NCBI GenBank assembly: GCA_016937995.1
Contig: JAFGVM010000064.1
Span: forward strand, 27,636 to 91,635
Length of the DNA stretch: 64,000 bases
Direction of reading: 5' to 3'
DNA from: Candidatus Delongbacteria bacterium
GTDB taxonomy: Bacteria > UBA4055
In this document: positions 58,903-64,000 of the stretch, piece by piece
Numbering within the stretch: position 1 is the stretch's first letter
How the letters are laid out: the number at the start of each line of letters is the position of its first letter
Notes under the pieces: generated by a model
The model's database searches: none
Seen by the model: only the letters and a program-made list of their open reading frames with translations
Told to the model about the DNA's origin: nothing
Position numbers and translations under genes: made by a program

Positions 58903-59017
58903 AAAAAAAGTCGCTCTAAGGCGACTTTTAACAATTAAAAAAGCCGCAGACAGTTCATACCATCTACGGCTTATATTTTATAAAACTATAGATAGTGGGC
59001 TAGATTGTCCACCACCA
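58903..59017 (-). promoter_or_regulatory. Trp transcription attenuator with two tandem terminators
   Basis: 1:2 pause, 2:3 antiterminator, 3:4 terminator (58937-58972) and 5:6 terminator (58903-58929); see findings. Confidence 0.88.
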
Positions 59018-59056
59018 GAAGTTCATTAAAGATATGTTCGTATTCATTTTTTCCAT
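59000..59056 (-). CDS. trpL: Trp leader peptide MEKMNTNISLMNFWWWTI (alternative start 59047)
   Basis: Three consecutive TGG codons at 59009-59017 directly upstream of the attenuator and trpB. Confidence 0.9.
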   Translation of the reverse strand: MEKMNTNISLMNFWWWTI

Positions 59057-59063
59057 CGGGCTA

Positions 59064-59092
59064 AATCTAACACTAAATTTATTTGATGTCAA
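59064..59092 (-). promoter_or_regulatory. Sigma70 promoter of trpL-trpB
   Basis: TTGACA-17 nt-TAGATT; the predicted +1 is at or next to the ATG at 59056. Confidence 0.75.
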
Positions 59093-59205
59093 GCTGTTTT
59101 AATATTTAGATTTTTCACTTCAGTGTTAAAATTACTAATTGATTTACGGGTTAAAATTACATATAATGCAGTAGGAAAAGGAATTAACTTAAAAGGAATT
59201 AAAAA

Positions 59206-60636
59206 ATGTTGGAGATCTACAATAGCTATTCAAAGAAAAAAGAGACATTCAAACCTGTAGCTGAGGGTAAAGTTAACATATATACTTGTGGTCCAACTGT
59301 ATACAGTAATGCTCACGTAGGTAATTTCTCAGCATTTTTAATGGCTGATGTACTTGTAAGATATTTAAAATACAAAGGGTATGATGTTAAGTGGGTAATG
59401 AATATAACCGATGTTGGTCATTTAACTGATGATAATGAAGTTACTGATGATGGTGAAGATAAATTAGAAGCTGCTTCTAAGAGAGAAAATAAAACTGTTT
59501 GGGAAATTGCAAGACACTATGAAGATCTTTTTATGGGGGATATTCGAACCCTTAAGCTTTTTCCTGCTGATAAATATCCCAGAGCAACTGAACATGTTGA
59601 AGAAATGATCGAAATGATAAAGATTCTTCAGCAAAAAGAAGTTATTTATGAAACATCGGACGGAGTTTATTTCGATATTTCAAAGTTTAAGAAATACGGA
59701 AAACTTTCAGGTAATGATATTGAGGCATTACAAGCCGGATCGAGGGTAGAGATCAATGAGGATAAGCGGTCAGCATATGATTTTGCATTATGGAAGAAGC
59801 TTACAGGTAAAAATGAAAAACATATAATGCAGTGGGACAGCCCGTGGGGAACAGGTTTCCCTGGATGGCATATTGAATGCAGTGCAATGAGTAAAAAATA
59901 TCTTGGAGAAACACTTGATTTCCATACAGGCGGTGAAGATAATAAATTTCCACATCATGAAAGTGAAATAGCTCAATCAGAAACCGCAAACTGCAAACCG
60001 TTCGCGAACTACTGGATGCATAAGAGCAGAGTTATTGTAAATAATGAAAAAATGAGTAAATCCCTAGGTAATTTCTTCACAGTTCAGGACCTTCTGAAGC
60101 TTGGATATACTCCTGAATCCATAAGGTTCACTTTTGTCAGTGTGCACTACAGGTCTAAATTGAATTTTACTGAGGAAAAACTGGTAGAATCACAAAAATC
60201 GATCGATAAATTCAATGATTTTATTCAATTTTTGATCAAATCTGAGGAGACTGTAGAAAATAGTTCAATTTCTTCTATTATAAAATCTACGAAACAGCAA
60301 TTTGAAAAAGCTATGGATGACGACCTGAACGTTTCAGGAGCTCTTGCACCTCTTTTCGGTTTTATGAAGTCAATCAGAAAGCAGATAAACAGTTCTGGCA
60401 TATCTGCAAAAAATAAAGATGAGATCCTTCATTTTATGAAGAGTATTAATTCAATATTCGAAGTCTTCGATTTTGAAGAGAAAAAAGAAAAAAAATTAAG
60501 CATATCTGATCAGAAGACAGTTGAAGAACTTATCAAGAAAAGAGAGCAATTCAGATCAGAGAAAAATTGGGTGGAAGCTGATAAGGTCAGAGATGAGTTA
60601 AATAAAATGGGGGTAAAAATTGAAGATAAAAAATAG
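59206..60636 (+). CDS. cysS: Cysteine--tRNA ligase
   Basis: CGPTVY, HVGN, PGWHIECS, FPHHESE and KMSKS. Confidence 0.97.
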   Translation: MLEIYNSYSKKKETFKPVAEGKVNIYTCGPTVYSNAHVGNFSAFLMADVLVRYLKYKGYDVKWVMNITDVGHLTDDNEVTDDGEDKLEAASKRENKTVWEIARHYEDLFMGDIRTLKLFPADKYPRATEHVEEMIEMIKILQQKEVIYETSDGVYFDISKFKKYGKLSGNDIEALQAGSRVEINEDKRSAYDFALWKKLTGKNEKHIMQWDSPWGTGFPGWHIECSAMSKKYLGETLDFHTGGEDNKFPHHESEIAQSETANCKPFANYWMHKSRVIVNNEKMSKSLGNFFTVQDLLKLGYTPESIRFTFVSVHYRSKLNFTEEKLVESQKSIDKFNDFIQFLIKSEETVENSSISSIIKSTKQQFEKAMDDDLNVSGALAPLFGFMKSIRKQINSSGISAKNKDEILHFMKSINSIFEVFDFEEKKEKKLSISDQKTVEELIKKREQFRSEKNWVEADKVRDELNKMGVKIEDKK

Positions 60637-61624
60637 AATTTTAACTGTTTTACTGATCTCAATATTATTTGTCATTTCATCATGCTCCATAAAGGGAAAA
60701 GCTATTGGCAAGGACGAGGAGATAGTTGTAGTAGCTGATGAGCAAATGTTCGATATATATAAACCTATGCTTCAGGATATTTACGAAGATGAAATATATA
60801 CTCCAATGCTTGAAAAAAGATTTACTTTGACAAGAATGTCACTTGCCAAATTCAAGGAGATCGGATATAAGTTCAAAAATATTATAATGTTAACAGATGT
60901 GGACTCTGATTCTCCTGAATCTGAATATATCGCTTCAATATTTGATGAAAGTATTATAGACGGAGTCAGAGAAAGTGAATATTTTTATGTAGTAAAAAAT
61001 GATATATGGGCCAAAGATCAATTAGTGTTATTTCTACTTGACTCCAAAGAAATGTTCCTAAGGAAATATCTTGAAAAATACTCAGGGAAAATGTTCGATG
61101 TTTTTAATGATAAACTCTTAACAAAGATCAAAAGCACATTGTTTGACAGGTTTAACAGCAAAGGTGCTCAGGAATTAGCAAAAGAGAAAAAAGGCATAGA
61201 TCTTTTTGTTCCTCATGATTTCGCTATAGTTAATGAGGGAAAAGATATTGATTTCTTAAGATTCCGTAGGTTCAATCCTGATAGATGGCTTACCGTTATC
61301 AAAGGAGAATATGATGAAAATCTTACAATGGAAGATAACATTATTGTTTTGAGAGATGCCGCCGGTAGAGAATTCGGTGATAGTGTTAGAGTGAACAGGG
61401 AACTTCTGACGTTTAAACCAGATTCAACTTTTGCAGACGGATGTATTAAGGCACAGGGTTTGTGGGAATATACTCTGGGCGGTGGACCTTTTTTTACTTA
61501 CGGATATGTTAAAAATGGGATGCTTTATCTTGTTGATGGAGCGGTATTTGCACCTCAGAAAGCAAAGTATCCTTATATAATTCAACTGGACCTTATGGCA
61601 AGAACTGTAAAATTCCCGGACTAA
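60620..61624 (+). CDS. DUF4837-like lipoprotein
   Basis: Lipobox ISSC, DIWAKDQ, GLWE..GGPF and VFAP..K. Confidence 0.7.
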   Translation: MKIKNRILTVLLISILFVISSCSIKGKAIGKDEEIVVVADEQMFDIYKPMLQDIYEDEIYTPMLEKRFTLTRMSLAKFKEIGYKFKNIIMLTDVDSDSPESEYIASIFDESIIDGVRESEYFYVVKNDIWAKDQLVLFLLDSKEMFLRKYLEKYSGKMFDVFNDKLLTKIKSTLFDRFNSKGAQELAKEKKGIDLFVPHDFAIVNEGKDIDFLRFRRFNPDRWLTVIKGEYDENLTMEDNIIVLRDAAGREFGDSVRVNRELLTFKPDSTFADGCIKAQGLWEYTLGGGPFFTYGYVKNGMLYLVDGAVFAPQKAKYPYIIQLDLMARTVKFPD

Positions 61625-61625
61625 T

Positions 61626-62261
61626 ATGGATATTTTCAATCATCCGCCAAAATTTATTAAAGTTCTTTTCCCATGGATAATCTGGGATCTGGAAAGTAAT
61701 GGTATTTTACTTACAATAGATGATGGTCCCTCTGAAAATACTGATAAACTACTTGATCAACTCGATCGGCACAATATCAAAGCAGTATTTTTTTGCACTG
61801 GTAGAAATATTGAGAAATATCACTTTTCATTTCAAAATATGATCAAAAGGGGACATGTGATCGGAAATCACGGTTATGATCATAAGCAGCTTATATTTGG
61901 TAGTAAAAGTTCGAATTTTAAAAGCTTGAAGAGATCTGATGATATTATTAAGAAAGTCACCGGTGAAAGTCCCAAACTTGTCAGACCTCCTTACGGAAGG
62001 TTCAATCATCAGACAGTTAGAGCACTGAAAAAACTGGATGGAACTATGATGCTGTGGTCTTTACTTACAGGAGATCATACAGGAGATTTTCTACATGTAA
62101 GAAGACTTGTGGATTCTTACTTAAAAAATAGTTCGATAATCGTTATGCATGATAATAAAAAAAGTATGGAAATATTTTCTGAAAGTCTCGAATATATTGT
62201 ACAAATATGCAAAGATAGAGAAATTTCAATTATAGACCCTAACTTTCTTAAGTTTGATTAA
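61626..62261 (+). CDS. Polysaccharide deacetylase (CE4/NodB)
   Basis: TIDDGP, NHGYDH, RPPYG and IVMHD. Confidence 0.92.
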   Translation: MDIFNHPPKFIKVLFPWIIWDLESNGILLTIDDGPSENTDKLLDQLDRHNIKAVFFCTGRNIEKYHFSFQNMIKRGHVIGNHGYDHKQLIFGSKSSNFKSLKRSDDIIKKVTGESPKLVRPPYGRFNHQTVRALKKLDGTMMLWSLLTGDHTGDFLHVRRLVDSYLKNSSIIVMHDNKKSMEIFSESLEYIVQICKDREISIIDPNFLKFD

Positions 62262-62266
62262 TAAAA

Positions 62267-62295
62267 TTGACTTGGGAGATAATTGGCATTATATT
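62267..62295 (+). promoter_or_regulatory. Promoter of the tRNA operon
   Basis: TTGACT-17 nt-TATATT. Confidence 0.7.
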
Positions 62296-62350
62296 TCTGC
62301 CTCTTGAAATTCAGTAGGAGTAGCTGTAAATAAATTTTACAGCTGATTAC

Positions 62351-62434
62351 GGGGAAGTGGCCGAGTGGCTGATGGCGCACGCTTGGAAAGCGTGTTTCCG
62401 AAAGGAAACGTGGGTTCGAATCCCTCCTTCTCCG
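62351..62434 (+). tRNA. tRNA-Ser(GGA)
   Basis: Cloverleaf with anticodon loop TTGGAAA, long variable arm, TTCGAAT and discriminator G; CCA not encoded. Confidence 0.93.
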
Positions 62435-62468
62435 CAGATATGCAGGAATAATAATACAAGAAGATCAT

Positions 62469-62542
62469 GTACCCATAGCTCAATTGGATAGAGTACCTGG
62501 CTACGAACCAGGCGGTTGGGGGTTCGACTCCCTCTGGGTATA
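62469..62542 (+). tRNA. tRNA-Arg(ACG)
   Basis: GTACCCA/TGGGTAT acceptor stem, CCTGG-CTACGAA-CCAGG anticodon arm and TTCGACT; CCA not encoded. Confidence 0.95.
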
Positions 62543-62551
62543 CACAGGAGT

Positions 62552-62585
62552 AAAAAAAAGCGATCAACTGATCGCTTTTTTTTTT
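62552..62585. terminator. Bidirectional intrinsic terminator
   Basis: AAAAAAAAGCGATC-AACT-GATCGCTTTTTTTTTT. Confidence 0.88.
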
Positions 62586-63822
62586 AATTATCTTCAAAGA
62601 GTGATGAGGGGTATAAGAAGAACGAAATTATAAGGCAGATCAACGCAATAGCTGACCCAAGAATAAAGATCACCATACTTCCGTTATCACCCATTTCAAA
62701 CCATAAAAAACCTGTTACAGCTGGAATAATTATAGCTGAAAAATTTGTGATCCGGTCAAACAGAACAAGATTTGTTCTCATTTCATGTGGCTGAGATATT
62801 CCTTGCATATACGTTTTTACAATTGATTCAAAAAGTTGAAGGATCACAAAAACCACAAATAATCCTATTAAAGTGAATTTCTCAGGCACAAATGCATAGC
62901 ATAATAAAATTATCAGTTCTCCTCCGAATTTTAGCTGCATAATAAAAGCTATACCTTTTGAATTTATGAAATCCGGAACTTTTATCTTAAAAAAGTAAAC
63001 TGATAATGACCTGACCAGAAATATTCCACCAATTATCCCGAGACTTACACTGAACTTGGATACCAGCTGATAGGTTCCGTATATGATGAATAAATAGTAT
63101 ATAGATGATGAGAAAAACGTCAAAATGTAGTATCTCAAAAATTTCATTTTAAAGAATATTTCGATGTTCTCTTTAAGGTTTTTAGAGGGATCAGCCTGTT
63201 GTGATCCTAAAACACCACCGATAATAAGTGGAAGTCCAATTATTATATAAATGATAGTATATTTGATCTCAGGATCATCAGAAAAATTTATGAATCCCAG
63301 AATAGTAATTATGAGATAACCTGCAATAGTGCCTACCAGACCATATCCGGCGATCTTTCCCATGTATACAGCCGTTTTTTCACTGGAAGTGCTATGCATA
63401 ATAAGATTGTCTTTAGCAGTATGAAAGTAATTAAATCCGATTGATAAGATGAATGTTATTACGATCATATGAAAAGTGAATTTACTAAAAACAAAATTAT
63501 TGTAAAGTGTGTCTCCAAGCATGTCGTAATTTGCAAACCCGGTCAATATTATACCAAATCCTGAAATGGCAACAAATACACCTAAGATCCTTGACTCAGA
63601 AATAAAGGAAAGTATTATCGCAAGTATGAAACCAAGTAATACCGGAATTTCCTTTACTGACCAAATTATACCAAGATCTAATGAATTGATATTTGCAACT
63701 TCAGAAGAAAAATTAATAAAGGAGGCAGTCCATCCAGCCAATCCAAAACTTATCAATAATGTCAAGAAGGCTGTTATTTTTACTTTTTTGTCTGTGTCCC
63801 TATCAAATGCTAAAATTTTCAT
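62584..63822 (-). CDS. MFS transporter
   Basis: About 12 TM helices in two halves; LGIIWSVKEIP motif. Confidence 0.75.
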   Translation of the reverse strand: MKILAFDRDTDKKVKITAFLTLLISFGLAGWTASFINFSSEVANINSLDLGIIWSVKEIPVLLGFILAIILSFISESRILGVFVAISGFGIILTGFANYDMLGDTLYNNFVFSKFTFHMIVITFILSIGFNYFHTAKDNLIMHSTSSEKTAVYMGKIAGYGLVGTIAGYLIITILGFINFSDDPEIKYTIIYIIIGLPLIIGGVLGSQQADPSKNLKENIEIFFKMKFLRYYILTFFSSSIYYLFIIYGTYQLVSKFSVSLGIIGGIFLVRSLSVYFFKIKVPDFINSKGIAFIMQLKFGGELIILLCYAFVPEKFTLIGLFVVFVILQLFESIVKTYMQGISQPHEMRTNLVLFDRITNFSAIIIPAVTGFLWFEMGDNGSMVIFILGSAIALICLIISFFLYPSSLFEDN

Positions 63823-64000
63823 TACATTACCTGTCGTTAATTACATAGACCATATCATTTTATTACCCGAGTATAAAATAAGCATAAAAATAAGTATCTA
63901 GCAAGTGTTATTTTTTAAAGTTTTTATTTATCCGGGTGCTATTATTAATAGATCATTTTTTAAATTTTATGATCTTCTCATTATCCCTGTTCTTTTCAAA

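Noticed and set aside
62337..62597. 86-aa minus-strand ORF
   Set aside because: It is the antisense shadow of the two tRNA genes.
136..63901. Many 60-160 aa ORFs nested in or antisense to long genes
   Set aside because: They show no motifs or RBS and are explained as shadow frames of confident genes.

Overview
AT-rich bacterial chromosomal segment, standard genetic code, from a probable anaerobe (Rnf, Hcp). The gene mix (FGE-sulfatase/CLec proteins, DUF4837- and DUF6122-like genes, cyclase-STAND-TPR proteins) suggests an FCB-group lineage such as Ca. Delongbacteria or Cloacimonadota, which is an inference only. In order: partial nadB; an MBOAT plus two SGNH acylation module; a TrmB operon ending in a truncated lipoprotein; two soluble-adenylate-cyclase-like cyclase-STAND-TPR genes; recN and a DEAD-box helicase; a TetR-led hcp (nitrosative stress) cluster; a ~14 kb Wzx/Wzy polysaccharide locus; coaD; rnfCDGEAB; two amt genes plus a CPA-EIIA fusion without glnK; a stand-alone trpB; cysS; tRNA-Ser and tRNA-Arg. 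No prophage, transposase or CRISPR array was seen, but the intergenic DNA is rich in REP-like palindromes and heptamer tracts. The best candidates for undescribed biology are: (1) a probably leaderless WWW leader peptide driving a six-segment, two-terminator relay attenuator for trpB; (2) a membrane leader ORF ending in PRPPP, resembling a RAPP-type arrest peptide, heading the amt-amt-CPA/EIIA operon; (3) apparent ATA/ATC start codons on a DEAD-box helicase and a DUF6122 gene; (4) a tRNA-Ser with a G3:U70 pair. All family calls come from motif recognition, not database searches.
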